Below are positions 21,814 through 33,090 of a DNA stretch of 64,000 bases, in pieces. Both the position numbers and the translations under genes were made by a program. How positions within the stretch are numbered: position 1 is the stretch's first letter; each line of letters begins with the position of its first letter. Below the pieces are notes generated by a model. It had not been told where the DNA came from and searched no databases. It saw nothing but the letters and a program-made list of their open reading frames with translations. The DNA is taken from assembly GCF_031179385.1 (NCBI RefSeq), contig NZ_JAPSHV010000002.1, forward strand, positions 33,486-97,485. The letters are read 5' to 3'. The stretch comes from Arthrobacter sp. Its GTDB lineage: Bacteria; Actinomycetota; Actinomycetes; Actinomycetales; Micrococcaceae.

Positions 21814-24800
21814 ATGCCCCGCAGAACCGACCTCACCTCCGTCCTGGTCATCGGATCGGGACCCATCGTCATCGGCCAGGCGGCCGAGTTCGACTACTCA
21901 GGCACCCAGGCTCTGCGCGTGCTGAAAGAGGAGGGAATCAGGGTCATCCTGGTCAACTCCAATCCGGCCACCATCATGACGGACCCTGAGTTCGCTGACG
22001 CAACCTACGTCGAGCCGATCACCCCGGAGGTGGTCGAGAAGATCATCGCCAAGGAGCGGCCGGACGCGATCCTTCCCACCCTGGGCGGCCAGACGGCTCT
22101 CAACACCGCAATCGCGCTCGACAAGAACGGCGTACTCGAGAAGTACGGCGTTGAACTCATCGGCGCGAACATCGCGGCGATTGAACTTGGCGAGGACCGC
22201 GAGAAGTTCAAGGGCGTCGTCGAGCGCTGCGGGGCGGAGTCTGCCCGCTCGGCCATCATCCACTCGCTGGACGAAGCCTTCGCCGCTGCGGGAGACCTCG
22301 GTTACCCCATGGTGGTCCGGCCCTCCTTCACCATGGGCGGGCTGGGCTCCGGTCTGGCCTACAACGAGGACGACCTGCGACGAATCGTCGGCCAGGGCCT
22401 TCAGTACAGCCCCACCAGCGAAGTCCTGCTTGAGGAGAGCATTCTCGGGTGGAAGGAATACGAGCTGGAGATGATGCGCGACAAGAAGGACAACGTCGTC
22501 GTCGTCTGTTCCATCGAGAACTTCGACCCGGTCGGTGTCCACACCGGAGACTCCATCACGGTGGCTCCCGCGCTGACGCTGACCGACCGCGAGTACCAGC
22601 GGCTGCGTGACATCTCGATTGCGGTCATCCGCGAGGTGGGCGTCGATACCGGCGGCTGCAACATCCAGTTCGCGGTGGAACCGGATACCGGGCGGGTAGT
22701 GGTCATCGAGATGAACCCCCGGGTATCCCGCTCCTCGGCACTGGCGTCGAAGGCGACCGGTTTTGCGATCGCGAAGATCGCCACGAAGCTTTCCCTGGGC
22801 TACACCCTGGACGAGATTCCGAACGACATCACCCGCCAGACCCCGGCATCCTTCGAGCCGACCCTGGACTACGTCGTCGTCAAGGTGCCGAGGTTCGCGT
22901 TCGAGAAGTTCCCCGCAGCGGATGACACCCTGACCACCACCATGAAGTCCGTCGGCGAAGCGATGGCCATGGGCCGGAACTTCACCGAGGCGCTGCAGAA
23001 GGCGCTGCGGTCCCTTGAACAGAAGGGCTCCCAGCTCCGCTTCGACCGCGTCAGCGAGTTCGATGTGCCTGAACTCGTCGAAGCCGCAAAGCGCCCGACC
23101 ACGGAACGCCTGTCCCAGGTCCAGCGCGCGCTGCTGGGCGGTGCGAGCGTCGACGAGCTCTACAAGGCCACCGGAATCGACCCCTGGTTCCTGGATCAGC
23201 TGGTCCTGCTCAATGAGGTTGCGGAAACCGTCCGCTCGACGGGACTGAAGCCCGAGACCCTGCGGCTGGCCAAGCGCCACGGCTTCTCGGATGAGCAGAT
23301 CGGCCTGCTCACGCACACCCCTGAGGCAGTGATTCGAGGGGTGCGTCATGCACTCGATATCAGGCCGGTCTTCAAGACGGTGGACACCTGTGCGGCGGAA
23401 TTCGCTGCTTACACGCCGTACCACTACTCCTCCTACGACGAGGAGGACGAAGTGGGCCTGCACGCAAAGCCGTCCATCATCATCCTCGGCTCCGGCCCCA
23501 ACCGCATCGGGCAGGGCATCGAGTTCGATTACTCCTGCGTGCACGCCACCATGGCGCTGCGCAAGGCGGGTTACGAGACGGTCATGGTCAACTGCAACCC
23601 CGAGACGGTGTCCACGGACTACGACGTCTCCACCCGGCTGTACTTCGAGCCGCTCACCCTGGAGGATGTGCTCGAGGTCATCGCTGCCGAGGAGCGCACC
23701 GGCGGCGTCATGGGCGTCTTCGTCCAGCTCGGCGGGCAGACCCCTCTGAAGCTGGCACAGGAGCTCGCTGACGCAGGGATCCCGATCCTCGGCACCTCGC
23801 CGGAGGCTATCGATCTCGCGGAACACCGCGGAGAGTTTGCACGGGTACTGGCCGAAGCCGGACTCATCGCCCCGAAGAACGGCACAGCGGTTTCCTTCGA
23901 GGACGCACGCGCAATCGCGGACGAGATCGGTTACCCGGTCCTGGTCCGCCCCTCGTATGTTCTGGGCGGGCGCGGCATGGAGATCGTGTACGACGAGGCG
24001 CACCTGTCGCGCTACATCCTCAACGCCACCGAGATCACACCGGACCACCCGGTTCTGATCGACAGATTCCTTGAAGACGCAGTTGAGATCGACGTTGATG
24101 CGCTCTATGACGGTAAGGATCTGTATCTGGGCGGCATCATGGAGCACATCGAGGAAGCCGGTATCCACTCCGGCGACTCCGCCTGCGTCCTGCCGCCGAT
24201 CACCCTGGGTACCGATGTCCTGGAGCGGGTACGCGTGGCAACCCACGCGATCGCCGAGGGCGTCGGTGTCCGCGGCCTGATCAACATCCAGTTCGCGCTG
24301 GCTTCCGATGTGCTCTATGTGCTCGAGGCGAATCCGCGTGCTTCACGCACCGTACCGTTCGTCTCCAAGGCGACAGGTGTGCAGATGGCCAAGGCGGCAG
24401 CCCTCATCGGAACCGGCGTCACTATCCACCAGCTCCGCAGTGCGTACAAGATGCTGCCCGAAACCGGTGACGGTTCACGCCTGCCGCTGTCCGCCCCGGT
24501 GTCCGTGAAGGAAGCTGTGCTGCCGTTCAGCCGATTCCGCACACCCGAGGGGACAGTGGTCGATTCGCTGCTCGGCCCCGAGATGCGGTCCACGGGTGAA
24601 GTCATGGGCATCGACAAGCACTTCGACACGGCATTCGCGAAGAGCCAGGCTGCTGCCAACAACGCGCTGCCGACCCAGGGCAAGGTCTTTGTCTCCGTCG
24701 CCAACCGCGACAAGCGCTCGATCATCATGGGCGTCAAGCGGCTCTCGGACCTCGGTTTCGAGATCGTCTCAACGGGCGGCACCGCCGACGTCCTGCGCCG

Positions 24801-25125
24801 CAACGGCATCCAGGCAACGCCCGTCCGCAAGGTTGCCGAAGGCAGCAGCGCCGAAGGCGAGGGCACGATCGCGGACCTGGTGGTGGCAGGGGAGATCGAT
24901 ATGGTCTTCAACACACCTTCGGGCGGGGAAGCGCGCAGCGACGGGTACCAGCTGCGCGCCGCAGCGACCTCGATCGGCATCCCGTGCATCACCACCGTTG
25001 CGGAGTTCAATGCCGCGGTGCAGGCAATCGAGGCGCTTCGTACCTACCAGTGGTCCGTGACCAGTTTGCAGGACCACGCCCGCGCCGTCCGCGGCGAAAC
25101 TGTGCCGGACCCGGTCGGAGCCTGA
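21814..25125 (+). CDS. carB: carbamoyl-phosphate synthase large subunit
   Basis: [18 protein letters not shown], two ATP-grasp halves ([11 protein letters not shown]; [10 protein letters not shown]) and a C-terminal MGS domain. Confidence 0.99.
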   Translation: MPRRTDLTSVLVIGSGPIVIGQAAEFDYSGTQALRVLKEEGIRVILVNSNPATIMTDPEFADATYVEPITPEVVEKIIAKERPDAILPTLGGQTALNTAIALDKNGVLEKYGVELIGANIAAIELGEDREKFKGVVERCGAESARSAIIHSLDEAFAAAGDLGYPMVVRPSFTMGGLGSGLAYNEDDLRRIVGQGLQYSPTSEVLLEESILGWKEYELEMMRDKKDNVVVVCSIENFDPVGVHTGDSITVAPALTLTDREYQRLRDISIAVIREVGVDTGGCNIQFAVEPDTGRVVVIEMNPRVSRSSALASKATGFAIAKIATKLSLGYTLDEIPNDITRQTPASFEPTLDYVVVKVPRFAFEKFPAADDTLTTTMKSVGEAMAMGRNFTEALQKALRSLEQKGSQLRFDRVSEFDVPELVEAAKRPTTERLSQVQRALLGGASVDELYKATGIDPWFLDQLVLLNEVAETVRSTGLKPETLRLAKRHGFSDEQIGLLTHTPEAVIRGVRHALDIRPVFKTVDTCAAEFAAYTPYHYSSYDEEDEVGLHAKPSIIILGSGPNRIGQGIEFDYSCVHATMALRKAGYETVMVNCNPETVSTDYDVSTRLYFEPLTLEDVLEVIAAEERTGGVMGVFVQLGGQTPLKLAQELADAGIPILGTSPEAIDLAEHRGEFARVLAEAGLIAPKNGTAVSFEDARAIADEIGYPVLVRPSYVLGGRGMEIVYDEAHLSRYILNATEITPDHPVLIDRFLEDAVEIDVDALYDGKDLYLGGIMEHIEEAGIHSGDSACVLPPITLGTDVLERVRVATHAIAEGVGVRGLINIQFALASDVLYVLEANPRASRTVPFVSKATGVQMAKAAALIGTGVTIHQLRSAYKMLPETGDGSRLPLSAPVSVKEAVLPFSRFRTPEGTVVDSLLGPEMRSTGEVMGIDKHFDTAFAKSQAAANNALPTQGKVFVSVANRDKRSIIMGVKRLSDLGFEIVSTGGTADVLRRNGIQATPVRKVAEGSSAEGEGTIADLVVAGEIDMVFNTPSGGEARSDGYQLRAAATSIGIPCITTVAEFNAAVQAIEALRTYQWSVTSLQDHARAVRGETVPDPVGA

Positions 25126-25127
25126 CG

Positions 25128-25982
25128 GTGACGGCGACCTTCGGGCAGCGACTGGCGGCCGCCGTCGAACGTCTCGGGAATCTCTGTGTGGGCGTCGACC
25201 CGCACCCAGCGCTGCTGAGTGCGTGGGGGCTTCCCGATACGCCGGACGGCGTCGAGCGCTTTTCCGCGACGGTCCTTGAGGCCGTCGCGGGACAGGTGGC
25301 GGTCATCAAGCCGCAGGTCGCCCTTTTCGAGCGCCTCGGTTCGCAGGGTATGGCCGCGTTGGAGCGGTTGTTGTCCCGCAGCGCGGAGGCCGGCGTGCTG
25401 ACGATCGCCGACGCCAAGCGGGGCGACATCGGTTCCACGATGGCAGGCTACGCTGATGCCTGGTTGCGCGATGGATCCGCCCTCGCGGCGGACGCGCTCA
25501 CGCTGAGTCCGTACCTGGGCTTCGAGTCGTTGCGTCCTGCGTTGGACGCGGCCCGGGAAACCAACCGCGGCGTGTTCGTCCTTGCTCTGACCTCAAATCC
25601 GGAGGGCGCATCGGTACAGCACGTGGGAGGGGAGGACTCGGTCGCCCGACGGATCGTCGAGGCAGCCGCAGCAGAGAACCGCGACGGCGCACCCGGCTCA
25701 GTAGGACTGGTGATCGGTGCCACTGCCGGGGAGGCCGTGCGTCGCCTTGGACTGGACCTCTCCACGCTCAACGGTCCGATTCTTGCGCCCGGAGTGGGAG
25801 CACAGGGGGCTGGGCAGCGTGAGCTTCGTGACACTTTCCGGGGTGCAACGGGCCTTGTCCTCCCGAACTCGAGCAGGGAAATCCTGAGCGCGGGTCCCAC
25901 AGTGGAGGGTCTTCGCAAGGCGGCAGCCGCCACCCAACGAGCGGTGGACCTGTCCCGCGGCACCGGTTCCGGGACGGATTGA
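25128..25982 (+). CDS. pyrF: orotidine-5'-phosphate decarboxylase
   Basis: LCVGVDP, KPQVALFE, DAKRGDIGST, LTSNP and LAPGVGAQG motifs. GTG 25128 follows the carB stop. Confidence 0.96.
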   Translation: MTATFGQRLAAAVERLGNLCVGVDPHPALLSAWGLPDTPDGVERFSATVLEAVAGQVAVIKPQVALFERLGSQGMAALERLLSRSAEAGVLTIADAKRGDIGSTMAGYADAWLRDGSALAADALTLSPYLGFESLRPALDAARETNRGVFVLALTSNPEGASVQHVGGEDSVARRIVEAAAAENRDGAPGSVGLVIGATAGEAVRRLGLDLSTLNGPILAPGVGAQGAGQRELRDTFRGATGLVLPNSSREILSAGPTVEGLRKAAAATQRAVDLSRGTGSGTD

Positions 25983-26080
25983 TTTTCGGTCAGCCGAGCA
26001 GATAGGTTCAGTGCAAGCCCAATCTCCAGACCCGTGACTGCCGGTGTTCGACCGACGGTTCAACTGCCTAGGGAGCCCGA

Positions 26081-26416
26081 GTGAGCCTCAAGCCTCTCAC
26101 CGATAGCGAACGAACACTGGCGCGGGAAAAAGCGACGGCGGCGCGGGCTGTCCGGGCGGAGCTGAAGTCCCGGCTGAAGTCCGGTGAGATTACGGTGGCC
26201 GAGGTGATCAATGGTTCAGGCCAGGAGGAAGCGATCGGCCGCCTCCGGGTGCTGGACCTGTTGAAAGCCTTGCCCGGGGTGGGGGAGAAAAGGGCTGCAG
26301 GCATCATGGACGCCGTGGGAATCGCAGCCACCCGCAGGGTGCGGGGCCTCGGCATCCACCAGCGCAAGGCTCTCGTTGAGCACTTGACGCACCATCCGGT
26401 GAACAATCGCCACTAG
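26081..26416 (+). CDS. mihF: actinobacterial integration host factor (mIHF/sIHF)
   Basis: [22 protein letters not shown] and H2TH-like [13 protein letters not shown]...[13 protein letters not shown]. Conserved position between pyrF and gmk. Confidence 0.9.
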   Translation: MSLKPLTDSERTLAREKATAARAVRAELKSRLKSGEITVAEVINGSGQEEAIGRLRVLDLLKALPGVGEKRAAGIMDAVGIAATRRVRGLGIHQRKALVEHLTHHPVNNRH

Positions 26417-26430
26417 AGAAGGAAGTATTC

Positions 26431-27000
26431 GTGAATCAGCCGCGGCTGACCGTACTCGCGGGCCCCACGGCTGTGGGCAAAGGCACCGTTTCCACTTACA
26501 TCCGTGACAACTACCCCGAAGTGGAGTTGTCCGTTTCGGCCACGACGCGTCCTCCCCGGCCGGGTGAGACAGACGGTGTGCACTACCACTTCGTCTCACC
26601 CGAGGAGTTCGACGACCTTGTGGCGACCGGGCAGATGCTGGAGTGGGCAGTCGTCCACGGGCGGAACCGCTACGGCACGCTCCGGCGCACGGTGAAAGCC
26701 GCCATGGACGCCGGTAAGACCGTATTGCTGGAGATCGATCTGCAGGGCGCGCGTCAGGTGAAGGAGAGTATGCCGGATGCCAACTTCGTCTTCCTGGCGC
26801 CTCCCAGCTGGGAGGAAATGGTGCGACGATTGATCGGTCGGGGCACCGAAACACCCGAGGAACAGCAGCAGCGCCTTGCAACCGCTAAACTGGAACTTGC
26901 TGCCGAACCGGAATTCGACCACACCGTGGTCAATGACGACGTTCAGCGCGCAGCAGATGAGCTTGTTTCATTGATGGGCCTGACCGCGCACTCGCACTGA
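26431..27000 (+). CDS. gmk: guanylate kinase
   Basis: [35 protein letters not shown] and LEIDLQGA motifs. Confidence 0.98.
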   Translation: MNQPRLTVLAGPTAVGKGTVSTYIRDNYPEVELSVSATTRPPRPGETDGVHYHFVSPEEFDDLVATGQMLEWAVVHGRNRYGTLRRTVKAAMDAGKTVLLEIDLQGARQVKESMPDANFVFLAPPSWEEMVRRLIGRGTETPEEQQQRLATAKLELAAEPEFDHTVVNDDVQRAADELVSLMGLTAHSH

Positions 27001-27046
27001 AAAGCACGCGCACCAGCTCTACGGCCCAGCGACTATTGGAGATTTT

Positions 27047-27307
27047 GTGTCTACTCACCCCGAAGGCATCATCAACCCGCCGATCGACTCCCTGCTGGAA
27101 GCGTCGGACTCGAAGTACGCCCTCGTGATCTACGGTGCCAAGCGCGCACGCCAGATCAACGCTTACTACTCGCAGCTCCATGAGGGCCTTTTCGAGTATG
27201 TTGGTCCGCTGGTGGAAACCAAGCTGAACGAGAAGCCGCTGTCCATCGCACTGCGCGAGATCAACGAGGGCATGCTCGTCGCTGCTCCCGCCGAAGCGTC
27301 GGAGTAA
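27047..27307 (+). CDS. rpoZ: RNA polymerase omega subunit
   Basis: PPIDSLL...[17 protein letters not shown]...[10 protein letters not shown]. Confidence 0.97.
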   Translation: MSTHPEGIINPPIDSLLEASDSKYALVIYGAKRARQINAYYSQLHEGLFEYVGPLVETKLNEKPLSIALREINEGMLVAAPAEASE

Positions 27308-27337
27308 GCGCGCCGCCGGTCAGTCAAAGGTACCGAC

Positions 27338-28573
27338 GTGCGTATCATCCTGGGAGTTGGAGGAGGGATCGCCGCCTACAAGGTGGCGTCCCTCCTGCGT
27401 TTGTTCACTGAGGCCGGCCACAACGTAACGGTCATACCCACCGAAGCGGCCCAGCGGTTCGTGGGCACTGCCACCTGGGAGGCGCTCTCGGGAAACCCCG
27501 TCAGCAACAGTGTGTTCGAGGCCGTCGACCAGGTCCGCCATGTGCGTCTTGGCCAGGAGGCGGACCTGGTGGTCATCGCGCCGGCCACCGCGGATCTGCT
27601 GGCCAGGGCAGCCGCCGGAATGGCGGATGACCTGCTCACAGGCTCCCTTCTGGTGACGCGCGCCCCGGTGGTTTTCGCGCCTGCCATGCATACCGAGATG
27701 TGGCAGCACCCGGCCACTGCGGCGAATGTCGAGACCCTGAGGCGACGCGGCGCCGTCGTGCTTGAACCGGCCGTTGGGCGTCTCACGGGGACTGATACCG
27801 GGCCGGGAAGACTGCCCGATCCCGAAATCATCTATGCCGCAGCGCTCAAGGTCTTCTCCGGGCAGGCCGCGCCTGGCGCCCGCCCACTGGCAGGACGCAC
27901 GCTCACCATCACGGCGGGCGGCACACGCGAGCCGCTGGACCCGGTCCGGTTCCTCGGGAACAGGTCATCGGGAAAGCAGGGCGTGGCGCTGGCCGCAGCC
28001 GCCTTGGAAGCGGGCGCGACGGTCCATTTCATCGCGGCCCATATGGATGTACCGCCACCGGCGGGAGTCGAGCTGACACTCGTCGAGACCGCTGAAGAAC
28101 TGCGGGAAGCGACCCTGAAGCTCGCCCAGCACTCGGACGCCCTCATCATGGCGGCTGCCGTTGCCGATTTCCGGCCTGAGTCGGTCTCCGAGACCAAGGT
28201 CAAGAAGCGCGACGACGGCGAGAACCCGGTCATCACGCTTACCCGCAACCCGGACATCCTGGTGGAAACCGTGCAGCAGCGGCGCACCCTCGGCTCGCCG
28301 GCAGTGATTGTAGGGTTCGCGGCGGAAACCGGAGATGAGGACGCCACCCCGCTCGCGCACGGGCTGCGAAAGCTTCAACGCAAGGGCTGTGACCTGCTCG
28401 TCTTGAACCGTGTCGGCCGCTCGCTGGTCTTCGGTCAGGACTCGACCGAGATAACCCTTCTGGATGCCGGCGGTGCCGAGCCGGAAACGGTCAAGGGAAC
28501 GAAAGTCAGCGTGGCCCAGGTCGTCGTGCAACGAGTCGCCGAAGCCCTGAGCGCAGCGGGAAAGCCCGCCTGA
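27338..28573 (+). CDS. coaBC: bifunctional phosphopantothenoylcysteine decarboxylase / phosphopantothenate--cysteine ligase
   Basis: GGGIAAYK, IAPATADL, PAMHTEMW, TAGGTREPLDPVRFLGNRSSGKQG, AAAVADF and VGFAAET motifs. Confidence 0.97.
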   Translation: MRIILGVGGGIAAYKVASLLRLFTEAGHNVTVIPTEAAQRFVGTATWEALSGNPVSNSVFEAVDQVRHVRLGQEADLVVIAPATADLLARAAAGMADDLLTGSLLVTRAPVVFAPAMHTEMWQHPATAANVETLRRRGAVVLEPAVGRLTGTDTGPGRLPDPEIIYAAALKVFSGQAAPGARPLAGRTLTITAGGTREPLDPVRFLGNRSSGKQGVALAAAALEAGATVHFIAAHMDVPPPAGVELTLVETAEELREATLKLAQHSDALIMAAAVADFRPESVSETKVKKRDDGENPVITLTRNPDILVETVQQRRTLGSPAVIVGFAAETGDEDATPLAHGLRKLQRKGCDLLVLNRVGRSLVFGQDSTEITLLDAGGAEPETVKGTKVSVAQVVVQRVAEALSAAGKPA

Positions 28574-28669
28574 AACCTCCTTCGGCGTGACCATCGGGGG
28601 AGTGCTTCCGCCGTAGCACCCGGTCACACAACCCGCCAGTTACATCGCCTGACCAAGTAGAGTGATCAC

Positions 28670-29884
28670 GTGAATTCACCCCATACGCCTAGCCCTTCCT
28701 TGCGATTGTTCACCTCGGAATCGGTGACGGAGGGCCATCCGGACAAGATCTGCGACCAGATCAGTGACGGCATCCTCGATGCGTTGCTGGAAGCGGATCC
28801 ACGCTCCCGCGTGGCGGTGGAGACCCTCGTCACTACAGGACTGGTCCATGTGGCCGGCGAAGTGACCACGGAAGCCTATGTGGAGATCCCCGAGATCGTC
28901 CGCAAGACCATCCTCGGCATTGGTTATGACTCCTCGGCGAATGGTTTCGACGGTGCGCGCTGCGGCGTATCAGTATCCATCGGCCAGCAGTCGCCCGAGA
29001 TCGCTTCAGGCGTTTTCACCTCCCTTGAGAGCCGCGAGGGCACCAGCACTGATCCGTACGATGCCCAGGGCGCCGGTGACCAGGGCATCATGTTCGGCTA
29101 TGCCAGCGATGAGACGCCGGTTCTGATGCCTACGCCGATCTGGCTGGCGCACCGGTTGTCAGAGCAGCTCACGGACGTCCGGAAGGACGGCACGCTGCCC
29201 TATCTGCGGCCCGACGGCAAGACGCAGGTCACCGTGGGCTACGACGGCGACAAGCCCGTCAGCGTCGACTCGGTCGTGATCTCGTCGCAGCACGCACAGG
29301 AGGTCGACCTCGAGACGCTGCGCGCCGACCTGGTGGAACACGTCATCACGCCGGTTCTGGCCACCTCGCACCTGGACGTCTCGAACGTCCGTCACATCCT
29401 GAACCCTGGCGGCGAATTCGTGATCGGCGGACCCGTGGGTGACGCCGGTCTGACCGGACGGAAGATCATCGTCGACACGTACGGGGGAATGGCTCGCCAC
29501 GGCGGCGGTGCCTTCAGCGGCAAGGATCCCTCGAAGGTGGACCGGTCAGCCGCATACGCGATGCGCTGGGTGGCCAAGAACGTTGTGGCTTCGGGACTTG
29601 CCCGCCGCGCGGAGATCCAGATCGCCTACGCCATCGGAATGGCGCACCCCGTTGGGATTTACGTCGAGACCTTCGGCACGGAACAGGTCGATCCCGCTGC
29701 CATCGGATCGGCGATCAATGAGATCTTCGATCTCCGCCCCCTGGCCATCATCAACTCCCTGGACCTGCTGCGCCCGATCTATCAGAAGACCGCCGCACAC
29801 GGGCACTTCGGACGCGAGGGCGAGGGTTTCAACTGGGAACTCACCGACCGCACTGACGAACTCAAGAGCTACTTCAACGCCTAG
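28670..29884 (+). CDS. metK: S-adenosylmethionine synthetase
   Basis: [36 protein letters not shown] and [15 protein letters not shown] -10 (28658-28663) lies 6 nt before the GTG start. Confidence 0.99.
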   Translation: MNSPHTPSPSLRLFTSESVTEGHPDKICDQISDGILDALLEADPRSRVAVETLVTTGLVHVAGEVTTEAYVEIPEIVRKTILGIGYDSSANGFDGARCGVSVSIGQQSPEIASGVFTSLESREGTSTDPYDAQGAGDQGIMFGYASDETPVLMPTPIWLAHRLSEQLTDVRKDGTLPYLRPDGKTQVTVGYDGDKPVSVDSVVISSQHAQEVDLETLRADLVEHVITPVLATSHLDVSNVRHILNPGGEFVIGGPVGDAGLTGRKIIVDTYGGMARHGGGAFSGKDPSKVDRSAAYAMRWVAKNVVASGLARRAEIQIAYAIGMAHPVGIYVETFGTEQVDPAAIGSAINEIFDLRPLAIINSLDLLRPIYQKTAAHGHFGREGEGFNWELTDRTDELKSYFNA

Positions 29885-29900
29885 GAACCGTCCCGAGCCG

Positions 29901-31985
29901 ATGAGTTCCGAAGAGGGGCAGCAGCTTTCACTGCTGCAGGGCTTTTCCGCACCGGCGGCTCCCCGCGGGAAGTCGCCGGTTGCTTCGAAGCTCCCGGTCG
30001 CCCGCGTCATCATCGACTCGCCGCTGCCGCACCTGGACCGGCCGTTCGATTACCTTGTGCCCGCTGAGTACGACGACGACGCCGTCCCCGGTGCCCGCGT
30101 CAAGGTGCGGTTCGCCGGGCGGGAACATGCGGCATTCCTAGTGGAACGGCTCGCGGAATCTGACAGTCCCGCCCGCCTGCTGCCGTTGGGCAAGGTGGTG
30201 TCCGGGCAGCCGGTCGCCAGCCCGGAGGTCGTGGCGCTGGCAGCGGCCGTCGCAGCCCGTTACGCCGGTTCCACCAGTGATGTCCTCCGCTCAGCGGTGC
30301 CTCCGCGCGTGGCGCGCGTGGAGAAGGACTTCCCTTCGGATCCGGCCAGGGGCGCCGCTCAGCGTGGTCCAGACGAACCAGACAGGTCTCCGCTGCTGGT
30401 CCGGTACTTGAACGGCGCCTCCTATCTGTCGCGCCTCGCGGCGGGTGAGAGTCCACGAGCCGTGCTCACCACTGTTGCCGGGTATGGACCACACGGTTGG
30501 CCTGCTGAATTGGCCGACGCCGTCCACGCCGTCTGGGCGGCAGGACGCGGTGCCGTCGTCGTCGTGCCGGACCAGCGCGATCTCGCGAGGGTTGAAAGGG
30601 CGCTGGGGGAGCGCATCGGCACGGAGTCCTTCGTCCGGCTGACTGCCGAGGACGGCCCGACGCCTCGTTACCGCAACTTCCTGAGGCTCTTGCATGGGCA
30701 GGTCCGGGTGGCCGTGGGGACGAGGTCCGCGGCATTTGCTCCAGTGAAGGATCTGGGGCTGGTGATCCTCTGGGACGACAATGACGAGTCCCACAGCGAA
30801 CCGCGTGCACCGTACCACCATGCCCGCGACGTGCTCCTGCTGCGCAGCGAACTTCAGGATTGCGCGCTGCTCTTCGCAGCACCGTCGCGGAGTGTCGAGT
30901 CGCAGCGGCTGGTGGACAGCGGGTGGGCGCAATCCATGCAGGCGGACCGGGCTGTTGTCCGGCAGCTGGCTCCGAGGGTGCTTCATTCAGCGGATACCTA
31001 TCATGCCGAGCGGGAACCTCTCACCCACCAGGTGCGCATACCCCCGGTCGCCTGGCGGGCAGCCAGGGATGGACTGCAGCGTGGGCCGGTCCTGATCCAG
31101 GTGGCACGGACGGGCTTCTCACCGGCGCTGGCCTGCGAGGATTGCCGGGAGCCGGCACGATGCCGCCAGTGTGCCGGGCCTCTGGCCCAGTCGGGCCGCG
31201 GATCGGCGGTCACCTGCCGCTGGTGCGGAAGGCCGGAGCATTCCTGGCGCTGTCCGCACTGTTCGGGCGGCAGGTTGCGCTCGACAGTGAGTGGGGCGGC
31301 CCGTACCGCTGAGGAGCTGGGGCGTGCCTTCCCGGGGGCAGTTGTAGTCTCCTCTTCGGGCGATCACATCCTCGATGAGGTCGACGACTCCCCGCGCGTG
31401 GTGGTCGCGACGCCGGGTGCCGAGCCGGTGGCCGCCGCCGGCTATGCCGCCGTACTCCTGCTCGACGGAAACGCCCTGCTGGGACGGGAATCGCTGCGCG
31501 CCCTGGAAAGCACGCTGCAGCGCTGGTTCAATGCGGCGGTGCTCGCCAGGCCTGCGTCGGCCGGTGGGGTCGTGGTCGTCACCGCCGACGACGACGCCGC
31601 AGCCGGACACCTCGTGCGTTGGGACCCAGCCGGTGCGGCAACACGTGAACTGGTGCTTCGCACCGAGCTGGGGTTGCCGCCGGCGGTGCGTTATGCGGCT
31701 CTGAGCGGGTCATTGGAGGCACTGGCAGCGTTCATCGATGGACTGCACCTGCCGCCGTCGTGCAGGATCGTGGGTCCCACGGCCCTGCGTCCTCCAGCGG
31801 GGCCGCCGGCTGTCCAGAAACCGGGACAGCAGTCCGCGGCAGGCTCACACCGCACCCTGTTGTTCTTCCGCTACCGAGACGCGGCGGAGGTGGTCAGCGC
31901 GTTGCGCGCCCGCCGGGTATCACTCTCGGCCAGGCGCACCACAGAGCCCGTGCACGTCAGGGTCGACGCCGTCGACGTTCTCTAG
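29901..31985 (+). CDS. priA: primosomal protein N' (actinobacterial PriA, degenerate helicase motifs)
   Basis: N-terminal 3'BD (LDRPFDYLVP...GARVKVRFAG), VAVGTRSAAFAP, four CxxC pairs (CEDC, CRQC, CRWC, CPHC) and ELGLPP. Confidence 0.93.
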   Translation: MSSEEGQQLSLLQGFSAPAAPRGKSPVASKLPVARVIIDSPLPHLDRPFDYLVPAEYDDDAVPGARVKVRFAGREHAAFLVERLAESDSPARLLPLGKVVSGQPVASPEVVALAAAVAARYAGSTSDVLRSAVPPRVARVEKDFPSDPARGAAQRGPDEPDRSPLLVRYLNGASYLSRLAAGESPRAVLTTVAGYGPHGWPAELADAVHAVWAAGRGAVVVVPDQRDLARVERALGERIGTESFVRLTAEDGPTPRYRNFLRLLHGQVRVAVGTRSAAFAPVKDLGLVILWDDNDESHSEPRAPYHHARDVLLLRSELQDCALLFAAPSRSVESQRLVDSGWAQSMQADRAVVRQLAPRVLHSADTYHAEREPLTHQVRIPPVAWRAARDGLQRGPVLIQVARTGFSPALACEDCREPARCRQCAGPLAQSGRGSAVTCRWCGRPEHSWRCPHCSGGRLRSTVSGAARTAEELGRAFPGAVVVSSSGDHILDEVDDSPRVVVATPGAEPVAAAGYAAVLLLDGNALLGRESLRALESTLQRWFNAAVLARPASAGGVVVVTADDDAAAGHLVRWDPAGAATRELVLRTELGLPPAVRYAALSGSLEALAAFIDGLHLPPSCRIVGPTALRPPAGPPAVQKPGQQSAAGSHRTLLFFRYRDAAEVVSALRARRVSLSARRTTEPVHVRVDAVDVL

Positions 31986-33090
31986 CGCCTAGGTTTGAAG
32001 TGCTGGTTGCACGGCTCCTGGCATGGAGCTCGGCGGCTTCCTCGAGCGCGGCAATCAGAGAATCTGCTGACGTCTCCCAGGAGTAGGTATCCGCCTGGGC
32101 ACGGCCGGACGCCGAAGCGTCCCTCCAATGCAGCGGGTCGTCAAGCGTGCGGACAGCGCGGCCGAACTCCTCAGGCGAGTCCGGATCGACATACAGCGCC
32201 GCGTTCCCTCCGACCTCGCGGAAGATCGGCGTATCCGCAGCTATCACTGGTGTTCCAAGCGCCATCGCTTCAATGACCGGGAGTCCGTAGCCTTCCGCTC
32301 GTGAAAGCGTCACCAGGGCCGTGCCGGAGCGCAGCAGCTGCTCGTATTCGCCGTCGGTCACGCCGTTGTGAAAGACCACGGCGGCACCTGCCGGGACCAG
32401 CGCTTCCAGTTCGCGCTGCCGCTCGGGAGTGATCCGGCTCAGGAGATGCAGGGTGTAGTCCGGCAGACCCGCCATCCCTGCCAGCAGTGTCTCGACATTC
32501 TTGTAGGGCATGAACGATCCCATGTACAGCAGTGACTTCTCCGGTTGCGCTCCCGGCGGGCGCGGCCTGGAACCCGGCTGCGGCGCGTTGCCGACGATGC
32601 GGATCGGACGCCGGGTCAACCGGTGCTGTTGCATCAGCGCCCGGGTGGTCTCCGAGATGGTGGCAACGACGTCGGCACGATTCAGGAGCAACCGCTGCGG
32701 CCAGTAGGCAAGGTGGTACAGCCGCCAGAGTATCCGGACGGGCAGTGGCAGGAACCTGGGGGGCGTCCGGTTCTGGTAGTAGATGAGGTCGTGCAGGGTG
32801 AGCACCAACGGGTAGCGACGGCCGAAGGAGCCCATGGTCTGCATGGGACAGAACACCGCGTCGGGTTCAAGCCTGTTGATGCGCGCGGCAACGAACAGCT
32901 CGGCGGGGGAGAACGGGCTGTTGATCTTCACATGCGGCACCTCGGGCAGGAGTGCCAGCTGGCGGTCGTCGTGAATCAGCATTGTCACATCAGCCCGCTG
33001 GGAGAGCGCTTCGACGAGGCTGGCGCCGTACCGGCTGATTCCGTCGTGGTGGTCCGTCCGCGTGAAGCGGGCATCGATCAGTATTCTCAT
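31957..33090 (-). CDS. GT-B fold glycosyltransferase family 4
   Basis: HDGISRY, LTLHDLIY, YMGSFMPYKN and the EX7E motif EGYGLPVIEAMALG. The 3' end overlaps priA by 29 bp. Confidence 0.9.
   Translation of the reverse strand: MRILIDARFTRTDHHDGISRYGASLVEALSQRADVTMLIHDDRQLALLPEVPHVKINSPFSPAELFVAARINRLEPDAVFCPMQTMGSFGRRYPLVLTLHDLIYYQNRTPPRFLPLPVRILWRLYHLAYWPQRLLLNRADVVATISETTRALMQQHRLTRRPIRIVGNAPQPGSRPRPPGAQPEKSLLYMGSFMPYKNVETLLAGMAGLPDYTLHLLSRITPERQRELEALVPAGAAVVFHNGVTDGEYEQLLRSGTALVTLSRAEGYGLPVIEAMALGTPVIAADTPIFREVGGNAALYVDPDSPEEFGRAVRTLDDPLHWRDASASGRAQADTYSWETSADSLIAALEEAAELHARSRATSTSNLGARERRRRRP

Noticed and set aside
21898-24246. 782-aa ORF antisense to carB, and similar long shadows (7018-8304, 11781-12836, 15846-17483, 44339-45799, 20302-21690)
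   Set aside because: Stop-free antisense or alternative frames are expected opposite GC3-rich genes. There are no motifs, and each lies opposite an established gene.
26040-26065. SOS-box-like sequence (GACC-gacg-GTTC) upstream of mihF
   Set aside because: It mismatches the GAAC-N4-GTTC core and has poor flanks.
28587-28627. Nested hairpin upstream of metK considered as a SAM riboswitch
   Set aside because: No SAM-I/II/IV core is recognisable, and it lies upstream of the metK -10, so it would not be in a leaderless metK transcript. It is more likely a coaBC 3' structure.
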